64,000 nucleotides of DNA from Octopus vulgaris (Eukaryota). The stretch's first letter is position 1, and the number at the start of each line of letters is the position of its first letter. A program made the translations under genes and the position numbers. This document shows positions 41,983 through 54,707 of the stretch, in pieces. Under the pieces are notes generated by a model, which saw nothing but the letters and a program-made list of their open reading frames with translations, was not told the DNA's origin and searched no databases. The stretch spans positions 39,308,001-39,372,000 of the forward strand of contig OX597826.1 of the NCBI GenBank assembly GCA_951406725.2, written 5' to 3'.

Positions 41983-42180
41983 TTGGGCAAATGTCTTCTA
42001 CTATAGCCTCGGGCTGACCAAAGCCTTGTGAGTGGATTTGGTCGACGGAAACTGAAAGAAGCACGTCGTATATATGTATATATATATATGTTTATGTATA
42101 TGTTTGTGTGTCTGTGTTTGTCACCCCAGCATCGCTTGACAACCGATGCTGGTGTGTTTACGTCCCTGTAACTTAGCGGT
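41983..42180 (+). mobile_element. SINE family B internal fragment
   Basis: TTGGGCAAATGTCTTCTACTATAGCCTCGGGC..CATCGCTTGACAACCGATG. Confidence 0.85.
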
Positions 42181-42279
42181 TATATATATATATATATATA
42201 TATCAATATATATATATATATATCAATATATATATGTATATATACTTATTTATATTAAGGGCATTACTATACATAAATG

Positions 42280-42335
<56 letters not shown>

Positions 42336-42416
42336 TATATTTATATATAATGGTTCTAATCTATATATATCCTTGGAAATGGATGCGTGGCGTTCAATCA
42401 AATAGTAATAATATAA

Positions 42417-42461
<45 letters not shown>

Positions 42462-42535
42462 GCATATATATATATGCACATGCATATATATATGGCCGCA
42501 ACTCTGACCTGAGACTAGAGAGAAAAAAAAAAAAC

Positions 42536-42920
42536 ATTTGCATATATGGGTATAGGACGTCACCAACCGTAAACAACATGAAATACGAAAACAAGTGAGT
42601 TCAATACGCAAAGAACGATATGAACAAATAGAAAACAGGTCAATTAACATAAAGAACGACCCTTCATCAGTTCTCTGCTGTCTATATACTCATCATTTCG
42701 AGCATTGACCGACAGTATGCGTCCTCGAAGACACTTGCTCCCATAAGCACCAAAATAAGATTTGGGATTTATGGAGGGTGAAAGTTGGGAAGAAAACGGC
42801 AACTGATGAAGGTTGCTACTTGTCTTGTTTTCCATTTGTTTCTCTCGTTTGCGGATTGAACTCATTTGTTTTCGTATTTCATGTTGTCTACTGTTGGTGA
42901 CATCCTGTGCCCATATATGC

Positions 42921-42926
<6 letters not shown>
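42536..42926. repeat. Inverted repeat (42536-42672 / 42800-42926) of a PLE-terminal-repeat-like family also present at 49658-49802
   Basis: GTCACCAAC..CATGAAATACGAAAACAA..GAGTTCAAT..CCTTCATCAGTT versus its reverse complement; both arms begin AACTGATGAAGG. Confidence 0.85.
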
Positions 42927-42950
<24 letters not shown>

Positions 42951-42957
<7 letters not shown>

Positions 42958-43106
42958 AAACGTAAATATACACACAAACATCATTTATAATATTTCTGCT
43001 GCTTTTAAATAAAGCGTATTACTCTAGAGGTAGAGTAATATGTTTTATTTAAAAGCAGCAGAAATATTATAAATGATGTTTGTGTGTATATTTACGTTTT
43101 ACATAT
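42951..43106. repeat. Near-perfect 156-bp palindrome (76-bp arms, 4-nt loop)
   Basis: Arms differ at only 2 positions; loop GAGG at 43027-43030. Confidence 0.95.
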
Positions 43107-43479
43107 AAATGTCTGCATATGTATGTGGTCTGTGTATATCCATCTGTGTATTTTGATGTATATATGTATATTGATGGCTTACTATGCGTATATACTATTG
43201 TAAAATATTTTAATTTTTAATATATTAATTGTATTTATCGAATTATATTTCATATATAATTAATGACAATATGTATTTTTAATCCGCTCTTCGATTTAAG
43301 CTTTTCTTCGATTTTTTATAATAGGATGAATTTATATTGAATTCATTTATTTTGTTTATTTTGTTTATCGCATGCTTAAGACCGTTATTTGAAAAGACCA
43401 ATGAAACAAATCCATTTTTAAAGGTGTATCCTTTAACTAGTTTTGATGATATCGTTATTTCTGTTGTATTTTAACAAAA

Positions 43480-43515
43480 TGTCCGACGAACGGGAACGTG
43501 AAACTCTGAGTAACA
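43480..43515 (+). ncRNA. Minimal hammerhead motif with one core substitution
   Basis: TGT-CCGACGA-ACG GGAA CGT-GAAA-CTCTGA-GTA-ACA; core has C in place of U4; stem III ACTC/GAGT. Confidence 0.55.
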
Positions 43516-43548
43516 GCTTTTGTTATATTTCTGCTGCTTTTAAACAAA

Positions 43549-43584
<36 letters not shown>

Positions 43585-43589
43585 CTCAC

Positions 43590-43729
<140 letters not shown>

Positions 43730-43759
43730 TTCGCCAAGTTGGGCCAATGAACTCAACAC

Positions 43760-43921
43760 GTTTTTTTCATTCTCACTTATCATTTCCTGTTATTACTTGC
43801 TGTCCAAGAGCGTAGGCTTGAAACGTAAAAATCTTTTCCATTTTTCCAGAGTTTCAAACTGATACACTTGCTTGTTGTTCCTACTACTGTTTTCGTCTTC
43901 GTTTTTCAATAAATTTGAACC
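43760..43921 (+). mobile_element. Diverged copy of the variant-hammerhead terminal repeat family
   Basis: CTGTCCAAGAGCGTAGGCTTGAAACGTAAAA..AAACTGATACAC..; ends in (TA)n. Confidence 0.65.
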
Positions 43922-44246
43922 ATATATATATATATATATATATATAAGATATAGATAAATAAGGATAAGATAATTATTTTAAATAGCGATCAAATCTAGT
44001 GGGAAGGAAAAACTTATAGATTGTGATAATTATTAAAGTTATAAATAAGGGTATCTAAGAGATACCACCATGCCTGAAATAGCAGTCAAAACCTGAGGCT
44101 AAACCACATCAAGTATTCAATACAACACAAGGTGGAAAGACTAAACACATATAAACAAGTAAAAATTAGATAATTCCAGACCCTGGGTTTCTAGCTCTGT
44201 ATAGAAATGTATTCTGCCGTTGTCAATGAAATATACGATGAATTGT

Positions 44247-44283
<37 letters not shown>

Positions 44284-44446
44284 CACACACACATAAACAT
44301 GCAAATACTCACATATACTCACGTCTTTTCCCCTTGTTATGTATTGAATAATTGAGGTGGTTTTTGAGTCAGGTTTTGACTGCTTTTTCAAGCATGGTGG
44401 TATCTCTAAGATACTCTTATTTATAATTTTTATATACATACATACA

Positions 44447-44482
<36 letters not shown>

Positions 44483-44626
44483 TGCTTTCGGTGCGAATGT
44501 TTTTTTTATACGGCGCCGAGTTTACAATCCTGTAAATAATAATAATGTTATTTTTATATAAGCTTAAAGCTTATGGCAATCACCGTGCAATGATTAAGGT
44601 AAATGGTTTGTTTTTTCGTAAACTTT

Positions 44627-44681
<55 letters not shown>

Positions 44682-44705
44682 GTTGAATTTTTCTTACGAA
44701 GGATA

Positions 44706-44868
44706 TATATTTCTTTACTACCCACAAGGGGCTAAACACAGAGAGGACAAACAAGAACAGACAAACGGATTAAGTCGATTATATCGACCCCAGTGCGTAA
44801 CTGGCACTTATTTAATCGACCCCCGAAAGGATGAAAGGCAAAGTCGACCTCGGCGGAATTTGAACTCG
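44706..44868 (-). mobile_element. SINE family A, 5'-truncated
   Basis: Reverse complement of 49945-50104. Confidence 0.88.
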
Positions 44869-45504
44869 GATAGATATAGACCGCATAGAAGTGCTCAAGT
44901 CGAGCGTGAGACAAGTATAATAAATGGAATGGAGAAAGTTCAAATCAGGCAAAGTGCAATGAACTCATATGTATAATGATTTAATTATGATTGTCCAAAA
45001 AACGTATATTGATATATTAAAAATACATATGAAAATGAATATAAAAATATAAAAATATATGAATATTAAAAAAATATATAGACATATAAATATATGAATA
45101 TACAAACATAGTCATAAAATAATGAAGTATAGGATTATAGATAAAAATGTTTCGTTTTTTAATAGGCGTCAAGAAAAAAGTTTTAAATTAAAACTTTGTG
45201 GGGAAAGACTTCCAGGCTGGATTCGAATGGAAGTGGTGTATTGCAGCGCAAGGTGACTATTTAGAAGGCGCTTATAGTAAAATTTAGGTAAAAATGTTAA
45301 TTTTTATTAAACATAAGCCCGGGAACCTCGTAAATAGATACTGGGGTGACATGTTCTATAAAACCCTTAAATATGGTGCCCAACATGGTCGCAGTCCAAT
45401 GACTGAGACGAATAAAAGATAATGTATATGCATACTCACACACATACATAACGTGTGTGCGTGTGTGTATCCATGCTATATATGAGTGTGTGTGTGTGTA
45501 TGTA

Positions 45505-45932
45505 TATCATTTACTTTTCTTGGTCATTAGATTGTGGACATGTTGGGCACGTGCTTGAAGAGTTTTAGTCGAACGAATCGACTGATTCGCTCTGGACCGC
45601 TGGAATCAACTACAGTACTAGAATTCGAAGGCTGGTACTTATTTAATGAGTCTCTTATGCTGAACTGCTAAGTTACGAGAACTTAAACACAAGAAGTTGT
45701 TACAGGAGACAAAAAAAGACACAAACACACACACATAGATATATATCTTTACAAATTTACTTATAGGATGGACTTCTTTCAGTTTCTATCCCCAAAATCC
45801 GCCTACCAAATCTATTCTAATGCCGTGATCGGCCCAAGGTTATTAGCAGAAGACGCTTGCCCGAAGTGCCACGCAGTGGGACAGTGCACAGAACTATGTG
45901 GCTAGGAAGCAAACTTCTAACCACATAGCTAA
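45505..45932 (-). mobile_element. Composite SINE family B (diverged)
   Basis: Reverse complement of tail module and head (GTGCCACGCAGTGGGAC). Confidence 0.75.
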
Positions 45933-46529
45933 CCCGCGCATCTGTGCGTGTATGTGTGTGTGTGTATACATACGCACACACATACACGCATATACACGCA
46001 CACACACACACACACACATACACACACACACACACACACTCTCTCTCTCTCTCTCTCGTAAGTTTTGTAAGTTAATATTTCGGTGACTCTAGTTAGGTCA
46101 TTTGCATTGATGCTACTTTGCCTCATCGTTCTATCATTACATATCTTTACAAAAAACCAGGTTTTATAGCATTTAATTTCGTTTTCATTGATGCATTTAT
46201 TTATTGATGTATTCACATCGAAATGGTCTCCGCCTGAAGAAAATAAGAAAAGAAAAACCACTGATACAAACAAAAAAAGAGAGAAAAAAAAATGATTAAA
46301 AAAGTCACTATATCCTCCTTTATGATTGATTTCTATCGATTATTTTAATTATCTTTGCATTTCTAGACAGATATCAAAGAACATATGGTATCTATTCCAA
46401 TCAAATATCGCCTTTCATTCTTTATTATGGAGTAACAAGAAAATGAAATAAAAAAAAATGAACGAACACAAAATACTGAAGGTCTATATATAGTGGCAAC
46501 AACTATATTCAGTTCAACTATACAGCTCC

Positions 46530-46531
46530 CT

Positions 46532-46574
<43 letters not shown>

Positions 46575-46602
46575 CTGCACTCTACACATTTTTATGTCTT
46601 AC

Positions 46603-46670
<68 letters not shown>

Positions 46671-46705
46671 ATGTAGATGTGTACATCCATATATCTACCA
46701 ATCCG

Positions 46706-46768
<63 letters not shown>

Positions 46769-46772
46769 ATAG

Positions 46773-46806
<34 letters not shown>

Positions 46807-46819
46807 GTCTACCAATCCG

Positions 46820-46852
<33 letters not shown>

Positions 46853-47370
46853 CTCTATCTATCTATCTATCTCTCTAACTATCTATATATGCCTTTGTAT
46901 CGATATGCACATATATATGCATTCATATATATATGATATATATGTGTATTTATATACACGTACATATATATTTTTATATTGGTATACGTATGTGTATATA
47001 TATATATACAAATATAAATATAAATATGAATATATATATATAAGTATATATTTGTGTTTACATATGGATGTATATGTATATATTATTATTTATATCTATG
47101 CCCATTTATCTTTTTCTCCACTCTCTGTACGTGCGTACATATATGAAAAACAAGAAACATTGTTCTAAATATATACATGCATATGTACATACACGCACGT
47201 ATGTATGCATATCAATGTACATATACAGACATACTCACACACATACATACTTACATACAAACATACATGCATACATACATACATACATACATACATACAT
47301 ACATACATACATACATACATACAAGCATACATACATACATGCATACATACATATATACATACATTCAATC
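46530..47370. repeat. Microsatellite-rich tract: (CTA)n, (TA)n, (TATC)n, (TACA)n
   Basis: Successive tandem arrays. Confidence 0.9.
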
Positions 47371-48163
47371 ACACATATACACTTCAGGGTATATTTTCGG
47401 ATTCAGGTTAATGTTTCACAAAATGTTCTAGAATCAATCTAGATCAATTACACATCTGAACCTGCTTAGAGATATTTTAGCTCCATTCCCCGTTCTACCG
47501 CATCACCACTACACCTCCTCCACTATCTTGTGCTTGGGAATATTTTAGCTTTATTCCCCCATCCCGCAACTTTTGCTTCGTCAGAGCAGCTTCATTAGTT
47601 TTAGTGGTGCAACAACAACGCAGCTCTTCTTTGCTTACTGGACTTACAATGCTTCATTGATTGATTCCATGTCAAACTGCACTCCGTGTTCTGTACTTGC
47701 TTATGAAACACCATGGACAGCAGATATGGTCGAACGATCTTCCAGAAATAGCAACTCCCCTGTTCCCAAGTTACTTCATATCACAACTACATACTATTGT
47801 CTCTAATCTAGTTAAAGTGAGAACTTCTTCGTGGTTATGTCAACCTGCTAGAAACAGCAGTCGGATATTCCCGTTGCGAAAAGATAGGTACTCATCGGAT
47901 TATATATTCCTCGATATATTGCACCTAAAGGAAAAAGACGGAATGGTCACGACTGGAAAGCCACGGCACTAACCTCATGGTTGAGGTGGGATTCAACAAT
48001 AGCAACAGCAACAACATTCCTCTTTATGTGAAAAAGCAAATTGGAAATGTGCGGTCGTAGTTATATGACAAGTATATAAAATAGCGTTGATGGTTACAGT
48101 TGAAAAACTTTGGTGGTGGGGCTCAGTAACAAGAGTAGCTGCAATAACAGCAGCAGCATCTGC

Positions 48164-48195
<32 letters not shown>

Positions 48196-48373
48196 AATAC
48201 CAATCGCCGTCCTAATAAAGGACGATATATATATGAAATATATGATACGATCTTCGATATACTGTATTTTACAAACAAACACTGGATGATTATTATTATT
48301 ACTGGATAAACTGTTGACCATTGGTCTTCAGGATCTGGGGCTAAGCGTGAAAGAACAGAAATTCTCTTTATAA

Positions 48374-49010
48374 CACTGGGCAACAAAAAAAAATATTGTC
48401 TGCTACCAAGCAAATGGTGCTGTACCAACCTAAAATCGAGCACGCTGATTACGAATCTGAACTCAGAATTGCTGTAACACGTCAGGATTTTGAGTTATGC
48501 GCATAATTCTATATTAATACTATATTAGTATCTGACGGGGTGGGTGGGTTGCGGACTCGGATAATTCACACGATCCAGTCACCCGACTTCGACACCCGGC
48601 CACCAAAAAAGAAAAAAGTGTTATAGGTGTAAAATAATGTCTATGAAACGATTATGAAATAAATGCGCGCTGGTGGTCAGGGTAAGTAAGGACAGAACTC
48701 GGAAAATTCATATGATCAAACTCACAGGATCCGAAAACTCAGTTAACACCCGGTCACAAAAATGGATAAAGAAATAGTGTAATAGGTGTAAAACAACATG
48801 TAGTAAACGAATATGAAAGCAAAAATGCGCGCTGGCATACAAGGGGTGGAGAGAAGACATAGAAAAGTCACTCGATTATACTCACGGGAACCTAAAACTC
48901 AACGTTCACACCCGGTCACAAAAATGGAAAAACAAAAAAAATAGTGTGTTAGGTGTAAAACATAGTAAACGACTATGGAAAAAAAAGTGCGCGTTGGCGC
49001 AGGATTCCAT
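48374..49010 (+). mobile_element. Putative Chapaev-like non-autonomous terminus followed by three ~155-bp tandem units
   Basis: TAA|CACTGGGCAAC start resembles TTA|CACTGGGTAAC at 62602; units share CACCCGGTCACAAAAA..TAGGTGTAAAA..GCGCGCTGG. Confidence 0.5.
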
Positions 49011-49374
49011 GCAGTAGGACTGAACCGGAACTGTGTGGTTGGGAAGAATATCCATTTTCTTGAGGGAAAAATGGGATCCTGTGAATTGTCCTGGTCTTCC
49101 GCCCCCCCCCCCGTTCGCCGGCAAGTGTCTTCAACTATCTTTTTTCGGTATTTTTCTCCCATAAAACAATGAAGCGGCATCCATTGGTGTAATAGAAGTA
49201 ATCATAAAACAGAAGCCGTGTGTAAGAAAACATTCTCAAAGAGAAAAGCACGCTATCACAATGAATTACAGAAATTATGTTTTGAAAATAATCTATACAT
49301 ACCTCTGTGCATGATCCATTTCTTGGCTATAGGCAGCAAGTCCTTATATATATATATTTGTATATACATATATT

Positions 49375-49419
<45 letters not shown>

Positions 49420-49423
<4 letters not shown>

Positions 49424-49620
49424 AGAGTTTACGAAAAAAACAAAAGACGAAGACAGGTGGTGTACAAAACAAACAGATGTATTAGTATAACGCTCAGGAA
49501 TAGCAAAAGTATTTTACGTTTCGAGCCTACGCTCTTCTACAGAAAGGGACACAGAAAAAACAAGGAGAGAAACAAGGGAGAAAAAAATGTGTGTAGTGGC
49601 TAACGATCTATCATTGCGAT
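49420..49620 (-). mobile_element. Variant-hammerhead terminal repeat family copy
   Basis: Minus strand CTTT-CTGTAGA-A-GAGC GTAG GCTC-GAAA-C-GTA-AAA (49512-49546); 3' end abuts (TA)n. Confidence 0.7.
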
Positions 49621-49627
49621 GTATGTA

Positions 49628-49658
<31 letters not shown>

Positions 49659-49823
49659 GAAGTGGGGGGATATCCCTTATGTTGTATGTCTCGTTTCTCT
49701 GTTTTTTTCGTTGTTTGAAAACAAGTTCGTTTCTGTTTTGTCTTTATGTTTTCGTTTCACACTGTGCTCAACGTTTTTTTTATGTCCTGTACCCATATAT
49801 GCATTTATATATACATATATATG

Positions 49824-50104
49824 AAGGCGGCGAGCTGGCAGAATCGTTAGCACGCCGGGCGAAATGCTAAGGCGGCGAGCTGGCAGAATCGTTAACACGC
49901 CGTGCGAAATGCTTTGCGGTATTTCGTCTGTCGTTACGTTGTCAGTTCAAATTCCGCCGAGGTCGACTTTGCCTTTCATCCTTTCGGGGTCGATAAATTA
50001 AGTACCAGTTACGCACTGGGGTCGATGTAATCGACTTAATACCTATGTCTGTCCTTGTTTGTCCCCTCTGTGTTTAGCCCCTTGTGGGTAATAAAGAAAT
50101 AGGT
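49824..50104 (+). mobile_element. SINE family A with tandemly duplicated 45-bp head
   Basis: AAGGCGGCGAGCTGGCAGAATCGTTA..GAAATGCT at 49824-49868 and 49869-49913; B-box-like GTTCAAATTCC. Confidence 0.9.
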
Positions 50105-50918
50105 ATGTACATATATGTATGTATATATGCACATAATTAAAAGATTATAAGAAAAAATATGCAATTAGTTGAATAATTACACATTTGAAAATGGTTTTAC
50201 ATCATAGGTCCTTTCAACTAACGGTCTTTTCAATGACGGGTTGCAGGCAATAACGAATTTCGATATAAAATCATCCTATTATTAAAAAAAAAACCGAAGA
50301 AAACCTTAAATCAAAAATAGCTTATTAAGAAAGACCTGAATACCTAGGATAAATAATTAGTTGTAACATATTAATCAATTGATATATTAAAAGTTATATC
50401 CGTTTAAAAATTTTTTCACGCTCAATCACATATACATCTAGAAGTATACACATATACCAAATCATCTATAATATACATATATACACTAAACATACAAACG
50501 CATGCACATAGCTACATACATATACAGATATATGTAGGCAAGACATAAATATATACACAAATGCATATATATGTATGTGCACACACATACGCACGCGCAC
50601 AAAATCTCCTGAGCCTATGCTTATGCAAGTTAGTTCTTACAGGCGAAAGAAAGAGAAGGAAAAAAATCAGAAAATATTAAGTATGGGGGTGGGTGGGGAG
50701 GAATAAAACAGTGGAAAAGAAGAAAAGAAATAAAGGAAAGGAAATTAAAGAGAGAAAGGGGGAAAAAGATAGGGTTGGAGAGTGTTACATAATGGCGTTC
50801 GAAAAACATCTTAGGACGATTAGACACTTCGTTTAGCTAGCGCAACGAACACAAAACGCACACATAAAATTATAAGTATATCTACATAAATTCAAGCATA
50901 CAAGCAAATATACATACA

Positions 50919-51352
50919 CTAGCAGAATTGCCCGGCGATGCTCGGGGCTGAATTGCTTGAAAGTACTGTTAATGATTGCACTGAATTATGATGATTATTC
51001 AGGCAAATATTGATATAAGTTTACGGCGAATGAATGTATTTGCAAGTGTATAGAAAGCCGTGTAAACGGGTTCCTACTCCCTCGTAGAATGGTGTAAGAA
51101 TTGAATGCGAGGTTGCCTTGAAAAGAGCCATGTTATTGTTCTCATAATTGTAAGAATTTGATAGTCGTGGAAGGCGGTGTAAAACGTTCGCAGGTGAATA
51201 GGGTCTCTTCGTTTTCCACGAACGGCAGCGGATGTGCTGTTACAAAACTTCATGCTGTGTTAAAAGAGAATGGATGCCCTATGTAGTGGTATGAGGTTGA
51301 TAGTGTTATGTTGTCTGTACGGAAATAAAAGGTCCATATTTTTATTCTTCAC
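50919..51352 (-). mobile_element. Helitron 3' end with internal decayed helicase-like sequence
   Basis: ACTAGCAGAATTGCCCGGCGATGCTCGGG matches the 3' terminus at 27782; + strand DVLLQNFML..DALCSGMRLIV resembles the Pif1 LLRNL..LCNGTRL motif. Confidence 0.6.
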
Positions 51353-51355
51353 TTC

Positions 51356-51434
<79 letters not shown>

Positions 51435-51436
51435 CT

Positions 51437-51474
<38 letters not shown>

Positions 51475-51764
51475 CCTTCTTAGCTTACAATTTGTTTCTT
51501 TCAACAATTGACAACTGTAACAAATACACACGTGTGTGTGTGTGTTTGAGTGTTTTTTGTTGTGTTTCCTGCGTCGACAATTCATTTCCACCCAGTTTAG
51601 CAATTCTGTCTTCAACGTCAATGAGTGCTTTGTTATAGATTTCATTGCTGATACCCTCGATGTCAGGATAGAGCAGTTGAGCTTTGCGCTAAAGGGGACA
51701 ATGTTTTTGAGATTCCGGTTCGAATGTAAGGCAGGTTTGAAAGTTGCCTGTATATATGTACAAA

Positions 51765-51892
51765 ATCCAATGAGAAGGCTTTTGTTGGTCTGAAGCTACA
51801 GCAGAAGACACATGCCAAGTCACCACACAGTGGGACTGAACCCAGGACCATGTGTTTGGAACGTAGTTTGTTACCACACAGCCACACCTACC
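51765..51892 (-). mobile_element. SINE family B head
   Basis: CAGTGGGACTGAACCCAGGACCATGTG..TTACCACACAGCCAC. Confidence 0.8.
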
Positions 51893-52599
51893 CCTATGTA
51901 TGTATGTGTGTGTGTGCGTATGTGTGTATGGGTAGATATATTATGCATGTATATATGTGTATATATATATATGTACATATTACATGTACATCTATATATA
52001 TACATCTACACATAAAATACAAAATACAAAGTTATATCTTGATATCGCTAGTGATAACAATACTCAAAATATATAACAGACTGGAATTGTAGGCCCGTCT
52101 CTTGCAATTTCAATCAATTGGATCTTGTCCTCCCTCTTGTATAGAAGTGTACGGCTGCAGCGAAATTCATTTTTGGACTTTATTCTATCGAAAGCATTTC
52201 AACATAAATGCTTCTGTAAAGACGGTGAAAATATTGTCAGTTTCCCCAAACAGGGACACAATTCAATTTTTAAACAATAACCAAAGTCCCTTCTCCGAAA
52301 GGGGGAGGGTTACGGTTTACAATTATTTAACAAATGCAACACAACAACGTTTCCCTGACGAGGAACCAATAAACGTGATTACAATAGTCAAACAGTAATA
52401 ATAATAACAACAAACCTTTTTAATTTATCCCCATTTATGTGAAACCACATAAATGCTAATACACACACACATAATAAGGGTGAAAAATTGAATATTAATT
52501 TGATTAATATGAATTGAAAACCAGTGATATAACATATAAGACCATAGCGGATCTTCCTCTAGCAAGGATGACCAGTATTAATGGCTCATCCCTGTTATA

Positions 52600-52895
52600 T
52601 AAATACTTTCACTTTAATTGTTGCACACTTGCAAAGAGAAAGTAGGAGAAAGTGTGGTGGTAATGGAAGGAGTAAAGCACTTGAAATGAGAGAGGGAAAT
52701 CGTAAAATATTGAGTTTTCTCGAATTTTTGCTTAATTGGGGGTGAAATTGAAAAACTTTACATGCAATGACCCAATGGAATCTACTTCGAAAAATCATAG
52801 GTAAATTCCAATTGAAGAAATTCTATATTGTACAATTGTATAAAAAAACGAACGATTTGGGAGGCAGAGAAAATCTGCCTTTTATCATAAGAGAT
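52600..52895 (-). mobile_element. Copy of the Helitron-type family at 28358-29190
   Basis: Shared TTGAGTTTTCTCGAATTTT..GACCCAATGGAA unit and GGCAGAGAAAATCTGCCTTTTATCATAAGAGA terminus. Confidence 0.6.
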
Positions 52896-53009
52896 ATAGA
52901 TACGCATAAAAATATACAAAAATATGTACGCAAATGCATGCCCACATGTATAAAAGTATACACACATATACATACACACTTATATATGTATGTATCTATC
53001 TATATATAT

Positions 53010-54690
53010 ATATGAATACACACACATATGTATACGCATACACACATACATACTCATCAATACATACACATATAGAGACATATTTTCACATCAGGATAAA
53101 TATATTCATCATAACGTATATATGCAAACAGTCTTAAAAAACTGTAAAAATAAGAAAATTGTACATTAATTTGATATAACTTAATTAGATATGTAAATAA
53201 ACAATAAAAATAAAAATAAACCTCAGCGACGCTTAAGCTTAAAATTTTAAAACAGTCAAAGGCGTTCTTAAAAGTGGAGTCGAAATATTCACTAGCATTT
53301 CAATGCAAAATAATTATATAACATGTAAAGTCAAATTCAAATGTGACAGTCAAAATTATCCGTAAGTCAAAACATTTTACCCATACGGTATTTTGTTGAC
53401 ATTTTAAACTTTGCGGCGTGCATGCAGGCATTTAAGAATCTAGTTAGTAATGTAGGAAGGCGAATAGCATCAATTTCTTCAGATGAGACAGCATTTGAAA
53501 ATGCTGCACCATATTACAACAATGCATTAACGGAAAGTGTATTTTCGGAGATCTGGTATAGTTAAGTTAAGTCTAGCAATAATATCCCACTTAGACCTAG
53601 GACTTGGAAAGTTTTGTGGTTTAACCCTGCATTTAACATTGCAGTAAAAACTAATATAGTTAGGGAATTCTTAAAATTAGTTTCTAAGCGTTTTCTATCT
53701 AGCCATAAGTTCTATTGAATATTTAATAGGAGAACACTGAAGGTTAGCTATTCTTGTTGCAAAAACTTCGCCTCTCTCATTAGCCAGCATAACATGAAAA
53801 ATATTAGAGACAACTACAGCGCCGAATCTAATCTGAGGAACTGCAACATCGAAGATAAAACTTGTTGTCCGTTGGAAGGAAAAAGTAGTGTTTATAGAGC
53901 GAAAGTGAAAGTAGATGGCTCGCAAGAATATAAAACATATACTGGGGCTTCGGAAAATTCATCCAAGACTCGATTATATTCTCACCGAAATAATTTCCGA
54001 TACTCTGAGAACAGGATAGCGACTAGTCTAGCAAAACGTGTCTGGGAATTGAAAGAGAATAAAACATGTCCTTTCAATGTCACCTAAGAAATTCTAGAAA
54101 AAGCGTCATAATACAGACATGTAGCTTATAATAGACCTATGAAATGTAATCTTTGCCTCTCAGAAAAGTTCTTCATCCTGTTCCAGGATAACAATGCTTT
54201 GAACCAGATACGCGAGCTCTTAAATTCCTGTAGGCACGCAACGTGGTTTAAAATATCGACCGACAAAATACCGTATGGGTAAAATGTTTTGACTTTCGAA
54301 AAAAAAGTTTTACTGTCGCCTTTAAATTTGACTTTACATGTTATAGTTATTTTGCATTGCTATTCTAGTGAATATTTCGACTTCACTTTTAAGAAAGTCT
54401 TCGACTGTTTTACAATTTTAAGCTTAAGCTTCGCCGAGGTTTATTTTAATTTTTATTGTTTACTCACGCATTTAATTATGTTATATGAAATTAATGTTCA
54501 ATTTTCTTATTTTTACATTTTAATATTATATATACCGGATAGTTTTTAAAATTGTTCGCACATATACGTTATGATGTATATATTTATCTTTATGTTAAGA
54601 TATGTGTATATATTTAAGTGTATTTATGTATTGTAGGTATGTATATGTATGTATGTGTGTATGCGTATACATATGTGTGTGTGTGTATGT
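53010..54690 (+). mobile_element. PLE (Naiad-like) 3' part with GIY-YIG, flanked by inverted terminal repeats (53010-53440 / 54213-54690)
   Basis: RIASISSDETAFENAAPYYNNAL; KVLWFNPAFNIAVKTNI..FNRRTLKVSYSC; CNIEDKTCCPLEG..VYRAKV..YTGASE..KTRLYSH; KCNLCLSEKFFIL..ELLNSCRH; the left flank is the reverse complement of the ORF end plus 3' UTR. Confidence 0.88.
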
Positions 54691-54707
54691 GTATGTGCGT
54701 ATATTTT

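Noticed and set aside
48560-49010. CRISPR-like or bacterial repeat array
   Set aside because: Eukaryotic context; long diverged tandem units without unique spacers or cas genes.
52345-52380. CTGACGA box with nearby AAACGTG (similar weak case at 57445-57475)
   Set aside because: A consistent three-stem hammerhead cannot be built.
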